The position numbers and the translations under genes are program-made. DNA of 63,996 nt, counting the filler, from Alcyonidium flabelliforme (Eukaryota), in the NCBI GenBank assembly GCA_026167845.1. It is 19 parts of 19 records of this genome, joined end to end, with 100 filler letters (N's around TTAATTAATTAA, not from the genome) between each part and the next. Parts side by side here need not be neighbours in the genome. Positions count along the whole stretch, not along the records: positions 41,516 to 44,639 come from JAOQFJ010000021.1; positions 44,740 to 47,761 come from JAOQFJ010000022.1; positions 47,862 to 50,859 come from JAOQFJ010000023.1; positions 50,960 to 53,898 come from JAOQFJ010000024.1; positions 53,999 to 56,814 come from JAOQFJ010000025.1; 14 more parts are not named here. The stretch is one strand, 5' to 3'. The notes beneath the pieces are model-generated. The model was not told the DNA's origin and did no database searches. It worked only from the letters and a program-made list of their open reading frames with translations. Below, in pieces: positions 43,151-55,104 of the stretch; position 1 is the stretch's first letter; the number at the start of each line of letters is the position of its first letter.

Positions 43151-43894
43151 CAGTCTCTATAACGCCATTTCAATTGTGAAGTCCACCCATCATAACCACC
43201 ATGGTTGATTCTCTAAACTCGTTGGGCCATTTCCATTGCAGTAATCTTGAAAGGGCAAACAGGGTTTGGTCTACGGTCATTACTGGAACACAAATGTGTC
43301 AGTTTCAGGGTTAAGGAAAAAGTAGGTGTTGAATCATGAAATGTGTTCCCAGCTACTACAGTTGTGTTGACATATCCATCTTCCAATCCCTTTGTGCCTC
43401 TTTCCATCGACTATAAAGAGTTCCAGCTAATTGAGCGGTTCGCGTGCATATTGTAAACCGGCAAAACAGACTTCTCAAGTCAATCTGCTGAGGAAGGAAC
43501 TGTTTCCAAGAAAGGTAGAACTGATGCTCAACCTTCCACCCACACCATACAACTAGCTTGTTATCAAGGTAGTATTTGACTTTTAGTGCTCAGTCACTAC
43601 AGAACCTACCAAGCCCAATGGATTTGGCTGGAGGAAAGATGAAACATCTACTTGGGTTAATAAATTGCGGGTGCACCACTTGTGACAAATGCAATCTACA
43701 GAGAATATATAGGGATTTCCTATGACAGTTGGCGGCCATTTTTGATTTGAAACTTGACATTTTATCACAAAATAGGGCACCTCATTCTCAGATTGTTTTT
43801 GTATCTCAAAGAAAACGTTAGTTCTTGTACTTTAGATTTTGTGTGGGGAATTTTTCCACTTTCAGAGAGTCACATTAGACCATTATCAGGAATG

Positions 43895-44585
43895 AATGGT
43901 GGCCATCTTGGATTTATGCAAATAAGAAAGGAGAATATTATGTTACCAAACAACAAAAACCCTAAATCAACTTAAATTTGCAAATCAGAAACTTTAAAAT
44001 ATTATAAAATATTGATAAATATTCTATACAATTGATCAATAGGCATTTACTAAGTGAGTTTTTTAGGAATCTATGGCGGCCATCTTGGTTTTATGCAAAT
44101 GAGAATGAAGAATATTATTTTACCAAACAACAGAAACCCTAGATCAACTTAATTTTGGAAATCAGAAACTTTATAATATTTAAAATATTGATAAATATTC
44201 TATATTACTGATTCATAGGCATTTTAATACGTGAACTTTGAGGAGTTTGTGGCGGCCATCTTGGATTTATGCAAATGGTAATGGCGAATATTATGTCACC
44301 AAACAACAGAAACCCAACAGCAACTTAATTTTGCAAATCATAAACTAAAATGTTGATAATTATTCTATAAAACTGATTAATATGCAATTAATAAGTGAAT
44401 TTTAAGGAATTAATGGCGGCCATCTTGGATTTATGCAAATGAGAATGGAGGATATTATGTAACCAAACAACAGAAACCCAAAAACAACTTAATTTTGTAA
44501 ATCAAAAACTTGAATGTCGATAAATATTCTATAAAACTGATAAATAGGCATTTAATAAGTGACTTGGCGGCCATTTTGGATTTTG
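43895..44585 (+). repeat. Tandem repeat of about 165-177 bp, about 4 copies
   Basis: GGC(G)GCCATCTTGGATTTATGCAAAT...ACCAAACAACAGAAACCC recurs at about 43900, 44075, 44251 and 44415, with a partial copy near 44566. Confidence 0.85.
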
Positions 44586-44739
44586 ACCTTGACCTTTGAT
44601 CTTAAAATCGGGTACCCCCCTCTAATATCATTTATAATGNNNNNNNNNNNNNNNNNNNNNNNNNNNNNNNNNNNNNNNNNNNNTTAATTAATTAANNNNN
44701 NNNNNNNNNNNNNNNNNNNNNNNNNNNNNNNNNNNNNNN

Positions 44740-47420
44740 TTCAAGGTGTTGACCAAAAAGACCTACTCTCATTGGAAAAGTGTTTCGGTGTGTCCATAAC
44801 GGTTATGTGTTTATCTCGTAATGGAGGATCTTCTGTTGTTTGGTCGTCTGCAAAGAAAGTGGGGGAAGGCGTGTTGTCGTTGTATTTACACCTTTACAAA
44901 AAACACTTCACTTTAATAAAGAACGTTCGTCAGTATGCTAAAGCGTTTGAGTGTCTAAAATGTGACGCCTGTTTCAGTAGATATGCTAATTTCTCCCGCC
45001 ACGCTTGTAAAACGAGTGACGTGACACGTATTGTTTTTCCCGGAGGAGAGTTTAAACCACCACCCACAGTCTTCACCCGCCTGAAAGAACTTGCGGGGAT
45101 CAATGTTACTGATCCAAACTTATTGTTTTACCCCTATCGGATAACCTATGACATAGAGTCGTTCATGCCAAAAGACAGCTTACCACCTAATACACCAATG
45201 ATGTCGTTCTCAGCCAGACATGAGCTCTTAAGCATTTGCACTTGTTCTAACGTACCCGGCTTTGCTAAACCAATGTGTTTTGTTCGACACGGAACGATTG
45301 ACGAGTGTGTAAAAGCGTTTGTCGACTATATAGAAACAGTCGGTGATAAGGCTGGTATGCTAATGATGACACGCTTTGAAGAAGTCAGAACTATGCTGAA
45401 ACAAGCTGTTGAACGCTCACAAAAACGTGAAAAACCCTTTTGCAACCGAACGTTTTCAACTAAATCAGCCTATGCCAACAGAAAAGAACTGGGAGGTTTG
45501 GAGCGAGACCTGGAACACCACTTGCGCTGTGTACCGGTTGTAGGGTTTAATTCACAGAAGTATGACGTGAACGTAATGAAAGGACCGTTGCTTCGCGCAC
45601 TCCAACGCGCAGAAAACGCAGACTTTAAGTTTGTGGTAAAAAGAATAAACGCTATGACATGTGTTGAAAGTGATAGATTTCGCTTTATGGACATCTACAA
45701 TTTTATCGCCCCAGGGTTTTCATATGCAAAATATCTGAAAGCATTTGGATGTTCACAAGAAAAAGGATTTTTTCCATACGAGTGGATGGATGACTTAAAA
45801 AAGCTGCAATACGACTTTCTTCCACCACCAGAGGCCTTTCGCAGTGAGTTGCGGAATAGCGACATCTCAACAGAAGACTACGAGACTTGTACAAACGCTT
45901 GGTCCATCCAAAGCATGAGGACGTTTGAGGATTTTCTCCGCTGGTATAACACCCTCGATGTCGTTCCTTTCTTAGAGGCACTGGATAACCAAAGCACAAT
46001 ATACCAAGAAAAAGGTATAGATATGCTTAAATCGGCTGTGTCGTTACCAGGTCTCGCTGTTAGGTGGTTGTTTACAGAGATTCTACCTAGAGAGCGTGTA
46101 CCAAACAGTGTGTCTTTTAGCTCTATCCGCAAACACCTGCTTTCTACCCAACCAATATGTTTGTTAGACAACGCAAACAAAGATATATATCACCTAGTTA
46201 GATCAAATCTGACCGGAGGTCCAAGTGTTATATTTCACAGGTATCACGAAAAAGGTCTAACCGCAATACGTGCAAAAGAGTATGGTAACAATGCAAAAGT
46301 GTGCGAACGGATTTTAGGTGTAGATGCCAACGCATTGTACCTCTGGTGTATCATGCAAAAGCTTCCCTCGGGTTATCCTCGTCGTAGAAAAGAAGAAAAC
46401 GACTAGGCTGTAGAGTCCCCAAAGAACTTCAGTAGAGTTGCACACGGTTGGTTGCAATACAAAGCCTGGATTAGTGGACATCATATTTCCCATGCTCACG
46501 ATGGTGGTGAAGTTCGTTTGGGTTTACACTCTCTTCCCGTGGACGGATATTGTCACGAGACGGGTAAAGTTTATCAATTTCACGGATGTTTTTGGCACGG
46601 TCACCACTGCCACAAAACAGAGGGTATCGAACAACACCCTGTAAGAGGTGTACCGATGACTGATTTGTACGCGGACACATTGGACAAAGAAGCATACCTC
46701 CGTCATCTCGGACACGAGGTAGAGAATGTATGGGAGTGTGAATGGGAAAAACAAGTCAACGACAACCCTGGAATCAAAACGTTCCTTAAGGTCTTTTTTT
46801 CTACCCTGTATGGACCTTCCAGAGGTGCTATATCACTAAAAAACGCTATTGCAAAAATTGCTAGTGGTGAGTTCTTTGGCTTTGTCGAGTGTGACATCTC
46901 GGTACCCGACTCTTGTTTGACAAAGTTCTCAGAAATGGCTCCGATTTTTAAGAACACCGACGTTGGACGAGAACACCTTAGTGAACACATGAAACAGTTT
47001 GCCATCAAGGGTGATTTTCTAAAGCGACCCCAACGCATGCTTATTGGAAGTCTTTTTGGTAAAAAAATCTTGTTGTTGAGTGAATTAGTTAAGTGGTACC
47101 TCTCCCATGGTCTCGTTATCACCAGGGTGTACCAAATGATTGAGTATACTCCACGAGCCGTTTACAAAGAGTTTGGTGAGTCAGTTTCAGATGCCAGACG
47201 AAAAGGTGATGTTGACCCGAGTATGACGCTTTTAGCAAGTACTAGCAAACTCATAGGAAACTCAGCTTATGGAAAGACTATTACTAACAAAGAAAAACAT
47301 AAAAATGTTAAGTGCGTCGATGGATCAGATGTTGCCTCTACCAAGATAAAGTCTAAACGGTTTTGCTCCCTATCAGAAATCGACGAGGAGTACTATGAAA
47401 TCACAAGCAACAAACAAAAA
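44740..47420 (+). pseudogene. Second Polinton/Maverick-like pPolB with VSR-like insert; single in-frame TAG at 46404; followed by an intron
   Basis: Same motifs as 8749-11489; ORFs 44772-46406 and 46452-47468 share one frame; N-terminal C-x2-C...H.C; donor GTGAGC at 47421. Confidence 0.87.
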
Positions 47421-47861
47421 GTGAGCGCTCGCTTAAACCACCTCTATCTCATGGTCGTTTGTCTCTAGTTTTTTTCATTAGTATGTTCCGTTCAAGGTGT
47501 TTTGTATCATGTTAATGTGGTATATGAGTTATCACATACCGTCTAAACTTATCTGGTACAAATATATCACCAGTTTCTTGTCGGCATCACCACAATAGTC
47601 ATTGTTCTAAGTTCTGCCGTATGCGATTATCCACTATACACACTTCATCGTTTACTTCTGTATTTCATATCTCACTATTAATACACGAGTTGTTACATTG
47701 CATATATATCATAATTAGAACGTAGAGGGTGTTACTCTTTTTATACACGAATTGCTATTACNNNNNNNNNNNNNNNNNNNNNNNNNNNNNNNNNNNNNNN
47801 NNNNNTTAATTAATTAANNNNNNNNNNNNNNNNNNNNNNNNNNNNNNNNNNNNNNNNNNNN

Positions 47862-48800
47862 ATATTATTCATGATATATAATTCCCTATTTCTTTCTCAA
47901 GTTATTGTATTACAGTCTGGGGATGTGGCAATTATTCAAGAATTAAAATAATACAAAAAAGGGCTTTAAGGAACATAAGTAAATCCAAATACAATTGTCA
48001 CACAAAACAAATTGCTTTTAATCTTAAGACACTATTTATTGATGACATCTTTAAATTGTCTTGTATCAAATTCTACTTTAAATATAAAAATAAATTGCTT
48101 CCTTCTTACTTTACTAATCAGATTTTCTTTCCTCAAATAAACCACTCTTTACGACACTCTACCAGACATTCGAAACAACCAATGCAGTTTAATCAATTTA
48201 TTACTAATTTTCCTAATACTCACCCTGTCATGCCGCTCATTCTCACTAATAAAATTACTTCTACAAAATGTTTAAGATTTTATTTACCAGACTTGTTAAA
48301 TACTCACTACCTTCCAGAAATAGCTCTTACAAAAATCAATACTCACTCTTTTATAAGTTTTGTTGCATACTGTAAACAAATAATTATTGATCAATACAAC
48401 GAAATCTGTACATTATCACATTGTTATATCTGTCAACGTTAATAAAATAAATATGAGTCACCTGATGCCAAATCAAATCATAACAGTTATTCAAAACTAT
48501 CTTGACCGGGGTCCCTTGGTGAACAGCGTCTTCCCCATTCAATTTTCAATTTTGTAAATTCATTCAATTTCTAATCTTTTCTAATTTCATTTCTTTTATA
48601 GTGATTATTGTTTAATTTTTGTACTTATTTTTTAATTATGTAAATTTGTTGTATTTATTCATTTTGTCCAGGGTAACTCTAGATAGCGGCTCCGGCCTTT
48701 AGAGTTACCCCAACCAATTACATGTATACATTCAAATTTATTTTAAAATGCTGTAAATATGTTTTATTTGGTTAAATAAATGTATTAAATCTCTCAATCT
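47862..48800 (+). mobile_element. LINE 3' fragment A (ORF2 C-terminus and 3' UTR)
   Basis: KFYFKYKNKLLPSYF...C-x4-C-x2-C stop at 48442; 3' UTR hairpin 48671-48710. Confidence 0.8.
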
Positions 48801-50035
48801 CTCATGTTTGATTCAGCCCATTACTATCAATACCAAGAATGATCATGTTGATTATGAATCTCAACTTCTAATCAATAAAAATCTAAAAAATCTCTACGAT
48901 TGGCTCACTGTTAACAAGCTTTCCTTAAATATATCTAAAACTAAATTCATTATGTTTCATTATGCTCAAAAGTTAATAAAGCCTCAACATATTCCTGTTC
49001 TAAAAATCAATGAAGTGGAAATTAACAATGTAACGTATACAAAATTCTTAGGAATAACATTTGACCAGCATTTAAAATTTAATCTTCATATACAACATGT
49101 TGCAAACAAAATAAGCAAAACAAACGGTGTTTTATCTTTATTAAAACATTATGTTCCTCAAACTATTCTTAAAACTATATACAATGCCCTTATACTACCG
49201 TTTATAACATATGGAGTTGCTATTTGGGGATTTGGTAATTGCGATAGAATTGTCAAAATTCAGAAAAAATCTATTAGAAATATTACCAACTCCTTTTTTC
49301 TAGCGCATTGTCAATAAAATATATTTTCTGTACAAAAATAAGAAACTTCCTAATTATTTTCATGAAAACAATTTCATAAATATTGATAGATCTGACAGAT
49401 CAAGACGTATTATTAATAAACCTAACAAGTTTGACAATTTTCTTGTATCTCATAGTTTACCAAATGTCATTTTACCAATGAATTATACCAACAAGTCTCT
49501 TACTCGAAAGTGCCTGAGAATGTTCTTACCAACTTTAATAAACTCATTATATATCTCAACTCATATTTTAGATAAAGTCAATACACATTCATTAAATAAT
49601 GTTGTGTTTTCATGTAAGGAGTTCGTTTTTTCCAAATATAATGAAGTGTGCAATATTCCATTTTGTTATATTTGTAATTTGAATTGAGTGCAGTATCTAC
49701 TTTCCTTCATATTTTTAAATGTTATTTGATTTCGTGCCATGCATTGGTTTTCCTTGTGCCTGTAGTCATTTGTTTCTGTGTTCACTTTTCTTTGGGATGT
49801 GATTAATGGTGTTATTGTATGATAATAAATAATCTCATGCTTTTTATAATATAATAACATAGTGTAATAATGTAAATACACTCAACATGTTTTTTATGTT
49901 TGTTGACATTATTTAGGTGGCTCCCAGCTCAGCGGTCTGTGACCTTTTGGGAGTCTCCTCCTGATTTATTTATTTGTATATAACTTGTATTTTGGTAAAT
50001 AAAAGAATTTTTCTATTCTATTCTATTCTATTCTA
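48801..50035 (+). mobile_element. 5'-truncated LINE B with internal deletion and (TTCTA)n tail
   Basis: WLTVNKLSLNISKTKF, KFLG, C-x4-C-x2-C stop at 49687; hairpin 49915-49959; tail about 50010-50035. Confidence 0.8.
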
Positions 50036-50859
50036 ATTGATCATATTTATTGTAAGTGCTCTACAACAAATAGTAGTTCTCTATCTGGTATATTACTTTC
50101 AGACATATCAGACCATTGTCCAACTTTTATAGTTATAAATTCAAAAGTACAGTGCAAACCTTGCACTCCTAAGTTTATTTACAGAACTATTTATAGTGCT
50201 GAGTCAGATTTAAAATTTAAATCTGAATTAGAAAATGTTAAATTTGATGATATTTTGGAGTTTTCTGAAAATGGTGATCCTAATTCAAATTACAGAATAT
50301 TTTTATCTACCATTGTGAACCTAAGAGATAAATACTTTCCTTTAAAAAGGGTAAAATTCAATAAGTATAAGCATAAGAATAGTGATTGGATCACAAATAG
50401 TATCTTGATATCTATTCGTTATCGAGATAAACTCTATAGACGCAAGCTTGCAACTTCTACTGATTCTGTATACTACAACACCATATGTACTAATTTAAAG
50501 ACATACAATAAGATTTTAAGAAATGTTATAAACCAGGCAAAGAAGATGCACAATGCTACAGTTTTTAACAAGTACAAGAACGATATCAAAAGTACTTGGA
50601 AACAAATAAATTATATATTACATAACAAAAAAGGCTTCCTCAAACTACCCTCTGTTTTGAAAGGTGAAAATGATAGTACAATTTTAAGTAAGAGTGATAT
50701 TGCTGAACGATTTAATAACTATTTTATCAATATAGGTCCGAATTTAGCATCAAAGATGCAATGTACTGGTAAAAAACCTTATCAAAGTTATTTATCAAGT
50801 ATAGTTGATTCTCAATTTCATTTCAAGAATGTTTCTTGTGAAGATGTTACTTCTGTTAT
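50036..50859 (+). mobile_element. 5'-truncated LINE C (end of endonuclease and linker)
   Basis: IDHIY...SGILLSDISDHCP directly after the tail of B; WIT.SI..SI..RDKLY, FNNYFINIG. Confidence 0.8.
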
Positions 50860-51382
50860 NNNNNNNNNNNNNNNNNNNNNNNNNNNNNNNNNNNNNNNNN
50901 NNNTTAATTAATTAANNNNNNNNNNNNNNNNNNNNNNNNNNNNNNNNNNNNNNNNNNNNTGGAGTATGATCAATCGGGCTGTTTACCCGGCGTCGGTGGT
51001 CTTTGCCGACTGTCAACTGTATTTCCAGTAGCCAGATGGTACTTTCCCCCACCAGCCAACCAGTCCTTTCCTGGTTGTCACGGGTTCCACCCGAGGCTCT
51101 TTTGAAAAATATTTCCTGGCTGATAAGCCGCTGAACTGTTGGATGTAGGCCAACTGTCATTATAAGGACAGGCACCCACGTGTTATATCTCCTTACCAAC
51201 AGTTAATAGGATGAACGTGGAATTCAGCTCTGGTTTGGGGACATTCCTAGATAGGTTTTGTATTCTTTCTTGTGGTTCTTGTGGTCAGGTTAAGTGTCAC
51301 ATGGGCAGCTGTATCTACTTTTAGTCAAGTCAATGGTAGTTATTAGAATCTTCGTCATTGACTTAGTAGGCAAGCTGGTGAC

Positions 51383-53665
51383 CTACCTTAGGTCGACAAT
51401 AGTGATGTTAGTATCTTTGTCAACCGTATGTGGTGCTGTCTCGAACACCGGTGGCCATTCTACATGGGGATGGAATCCAGTTCGATGACAGTTTGTGATG
51501 TAATGAAGCCCATAGTCTGGTGTTAGGTGGTAATAACCAGTTTCTTGAAACTTTGCCGAATGGACAATGGCAATAGCTTCTGGCATCATCAGTTGATATG
51601 GACAATGCGTATGGACATCAACACTCGAGAGGAACGCAGTTTGGGAAGGATGCGTATGTATCCATCCCATTGTAATAAGTTCTCTGTCAAGTTGGTATTC
51701 GAGAATCTCCTCCTCTCCCTCTGCTGAACAAGAGTTGGCTGTGCCGCTCTGTTTTGGGATAAGCAGATGTGTTATTAGGAAGGCTCCATGTGTTGTTTTC
51801 CCAGACAATATACCGCATGTTTCTATGTTCCATTGAGTGTTGTTGGAGGCCACTTTAGAAAACTGTGGTACCAAATCATATGGTATCAACATTTCTCGCA
51901 GATGACTGGAATCAGAAAGATGGTTTGTTATTCCCTCTTGATCTTCGTATGTGGTAGTCATTTCTGCTGAGTGGTCATCATAGTTGGTAGTGATGAAGCT
52001 GGGAGTTGGTTGTGTTGTGAAGGAGTATGGTGAGAATGGTTTCTCAGCAGGATCAGATCCATTGCCAGTCACTTCTGAAACAACGGTAGATCTCTGTGAC
52101 TTTAAACCAATGAAATTTGTTGGAGTCTTTGGAGTTCGGATGAAATTGTTGTGGCTCTTAGAGAGATCACAGCTATTGCCAGTAATATCTGTAACAATAG
52201 TAGGTTTCTTTGTCTTTGAACCACTGAACTTCTCCGAGGTCCCTGGACTTCCATTGAGAGTATGGTAGTTGACAGGTGGATCAAGGTCATTGCTAGTAAC
52301 TTCTAGAACAATGGAAGATCTTTTTGTCTTGCAACCACTGGAGTTCCCTGATGTCTCTAAATCTTGCAGATTTCCAGAATCAGTTAGATGTTTTGCTCCA
52401 CTGCCAGTATTATCTGAAGTAATGGTAGATGTCTGCACCTTTGGTTCACTGGGTTTCACTGAGGTATCTCGGCCTCGGGCGAGACTTTGGTGGTTTTCAA
52501 GTTGATCATAGCCATTGCCAGTAGTATCTGTAACAATGGTTGATCTCTGTGTCTTCAAACCAGTATCAGGGTATATGGACTTGTTAGTTGCTCCTTTAGA
52601 GGTTTCTGGACTTCGGACCAGACTTTGGTGGGTTAGACCAGTTTCTTGAGCGCTCAACCGTCCCTCTTCCCTCTGTGTGTTAGTAAGGTGACATCTATGA
52701 AAATCTTTGTTGTTTCTGTTAAGCCAGATGAAGTAGCTTGCTCTGAGAGCTGTTCTTGAGGCTTCATCTAGGATTGGTTTTCGATGTCCCTTTGGTATTC
52801 CTAGTGCAGTAAGGCATTTAGTGAGAGATGTGTTGTAAAATCCTCTACTTCCTACTTCAACAGGGAAGTAATATGTATGCCATTTTCTGTTCTCACATTC
52901 TGCAACTAGGTCTTCATATTTGCACTTCTTTCTGATGTTTGCATTAGACAGATTCTCCTCAATTGGAACAGTCAGTTCAATTATGATGACAGTCTTCGTC
53001 TTTGGCGAGTGGATGGTGATGTCAGGACGTTTTGCTGTCTCGTATATTTGAGGAGGAAATGCAACCTGATTGTATTCTTCATCCATCAACAGGATCCAGT
53101 CATTGGCCCTGGATAATATGTCGCTTTCAGGGTCTTTCACCAATGGTAGATCAGGGTTTTTGAAAGTCTTACTATGTGTAGTTCTAAACAAAGGTGTTTT
53201 AGTGTAGTGGTGAGTGGTTCCAATTTCATCAGCAGATTGGTTGATAGCATCTTTAATGAATGGAAGTAGACCAGAGGCAATTATCTTCAGAGTTTGGTCG
53301 TGGCGCCAGTGGTATCGTCCATTGTGGAGAGAATAGTTGCAACCATTAAGAATGTGGAATAATGTGCAATTGTGGTAGTGGCACAGTTGGCAAGTGCCAA
53401 TGTCAGTTTTTCCCCATAGTCTTAAATTGGCTGGTGAGGGTAGTAGGTCATGTATTGCATTGATGTGGAATGACAGAAGTTCTGGAGACCAAACGTACAA
53501 CAGCTTTTTCCAGGAGGTGTCAACCTGCATAGCTGTGTCCCATTTCAGGAATTGGCCTTGTTTAGCACAGGAATGTAGATAGACAATCATGTCATCTTCA
53601 GCAACTTCTTTAACGAGGTTGGTGAGAGATTTTCTGTGTTCTGATGGTTGCATGGATTTAGTCAA
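51383..53665 (-). CDS. RLE-type (HERO-like) non-LTR retrotransposon C-terminus fused to an AMSH/STAMBP-like JAMM/MPN+ deubiquitinase domain
   Basis: LPSPANLRLWG, CCHC knuckle CQLC-x6-LFHILNGC, RYHWRHD, KRPD...ELTVP.E, VEVGSRG; then ETCGIL, GWIHTHPSQTAFLSSVD, YQLMMPEAIAIV, GFHPH in one frame. Confidence 0.85.
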   Translation of the reverse strand: MTKSMQPSEHRKSLTNLVKEVAEDDMIVYLHSCAKQGQFLKWDTAMQVDTSWKKLLYVWSPELLSFHINAIHDLLPSPANLRLWGKTDIGTCQLCHYHNCTLFHILNGCNYSLHNGRYHWRHDQTLKIIASGLLPFIKDAINQSADEIGTTHHYTKTPLFRTTHSKTFKNPDLPLVKDPESDILSRANDWILLMDEEYNQVAFPPQIYETAKRPDITIHSPKTKTVIIIELTVPIEENLSNANIRKKCKYEDLVAECENRKWHTYYFPVEVGSRGFYNTSLTKCLTALGIPKGHRKPILDEASRTALRASYFIWLNRNNKDFHRCHLTNTQREEGRLSAQETGLTHQSLVRSPETSKGATNKSIYPDTGLKTQRSTIVTDTTGNGYDQLENHQSLARGRDTSVKPSEPKVQTSTITSDNTGSGAKHLTDSGNLQDLETSGNSSGCKTKRSSIVLEVTSNDLDPPVNYHTLNGSPGTSEKFSGSKTKKPTIVTDITGNSCDLSKSHNNFIRTPKTPTNFIGLKSQRSTVVSEVTGNGSDPAEKPFSPYSFTTQPTPSFITTNYDDHSAEMTTTYEDQEGITNHLSDSSHLREMLIPYDLVPQFSKVASNNTQWNIETCGILSGKTTHGAFLITHLLIPKQSGTANSCSAEGEEEILEYQLDRELITMGWIHTHPSQTAFLSSVDVHTHCPYQLMMPEAIAIVHSAKFQETGYYHLTPDYGLHYITNCHRTGFHPHVEWPPVFETAPHTVDKDTNITIVDLR

Positions 53666-54049
53666 GGTGTGATGACGATGAAATCCAAGGCCTGCTCTGT
53701 CATCTTGACCTCTTCACATTTCATTGATTATAAGGTGTCTCTCTCGTTCTTCAAGTTCTTTCACACCATTCCATCTGCATAGCTTCATTTTATTCTTCAT
53801 GCATTATCTGTATATGATCTTGGTGTCGTCATCAGAGGAGTACTTTTTCAGATGGTAATTACTAACCTCCATCCATTTAACAGATTTAGTCAATCTTTNN
53901 NNNNNNNNNNNNNNNNNNNNNNNNNNNNNNNNNNNNNNNNNNTTAATTAATTAANNNNNNNNNNNNNNNNNNNNNNNNNNNNNNNNNNNNNNNNNNNNCC
54001 GCGAACTATAGAGAACAGATTTGTTGTAGTCAACTCCTTTAATAATATT

Positions 54050-55104
54050 TGTTGGTAGCAAGTAGAACTGTCCGGTTTTATAGCACGTCAATTGTCCGCT
54101 TTTGGTTTCCCCACATTAACCCTGAGGCCGTAAGGCCGAAGGGCTAATGTGGGGCGCTGCTTGGGTAGCGGGGTTAACCCTGCGCTGCTCTTTTTGTTTC
54201 AACCTTGCTTTCAGATTTTTCCAGACATCCTGCTGGATCGTAGGTGCCCAAACATCTGGGACCGTGAAACACGCTGGTGCGCTGATCCTGATATTCGTGT
54301 ACCCAAACCACCGCCTTGGCATAGTGACAACGTCCGGTTGTCTTGGGGATTTGAAGCACTTTCCCTCGATACTTCACGCAGTTGTCATTGCCTGCTGTGC
54401 GCTCAGTCTTCAAGCAAAGAATGTCGTCCAGTCGAGTATTTAGCAGTGGTACAAACGCACTGCCTGGCTCCGCGGCCTCAACCATAAATCGATCATTAAA
54501 ATCCGGCAGGAACCTGTCTATCAGAAATTGGTTGGCCGACTCCATGTCGGTGATATCGTGTAGCGCCAACTCATGGGGCAGCCGACCTTGTAGCGTTCCA
54601 AACATGCGCTCGCTACGACCTCTGGCTTCGGGAGAGTAGGCCGCTATCATGCCAATGCCCAGCTCCTTCATGCCACGACCAAACTGGGTGGGGTTCATCT
54701 TGTCCACCTTGCCCCCAGCTTCGGGGGTATGCCAGTAATGACTGCCTCTGTCGCTGTAGAAACTGCTGAACAGGCCTTTGGCTTCCAACGTTTCCCTCAC
54801 CCCTTGTAGGCTACTCCAGGTGCCTTCTTCGTCCACAAAAAATCCTGAATATATTTCACTGGTGGCATCGTCCATGGTGACAATCAAGTCCCACATTTGA
54901 TTGGGCACCCAAGCGTGGGTCGAGGCGTCTTGGTGAATCATCATCCCCGGTAGTGGCTTGCGCTCTCGCCGGAGCCGGTGGGCGCCCTTTCGCTTCCCTG
55001 CCTTAACCAAACCTGCTGTTTGAAGGCGCTGTTTGACCCAGGTGTAACTGCGATCCCCTTGGTGCTGTTTTTGGTAGTGCTCGTGAAAATGTTTGATGTT
55101 CCAG
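54050..55104 (-). mobile_element. 5'-truncated IS1202-group (ISNCY) element; DDE transposase 54174-55104
   Basis: HQDASTHAW, MDDATSE, YSDRGS, AYSPEARGRSERMFGTLQGRL; end TGTTGGTAGCA with repeated CGGACA boxes; 5' part replaced by another IS. Confidence 0.78.

Noticed and set aside
46404..46406. Programmed readthrough in pPolB (also the Gypsy stop at 61089)
   Set aside because: The paralogue has a sense codon at the equivalent position. Simple nonsense mutations in decaying copies are more parsimonious.
53999..54049. dif/XerCD site next to the IS1202-group end
   Set aside because: Some IS1202-family members target xrs sites, but no XerC or XerD arm consensus is recognisable here.
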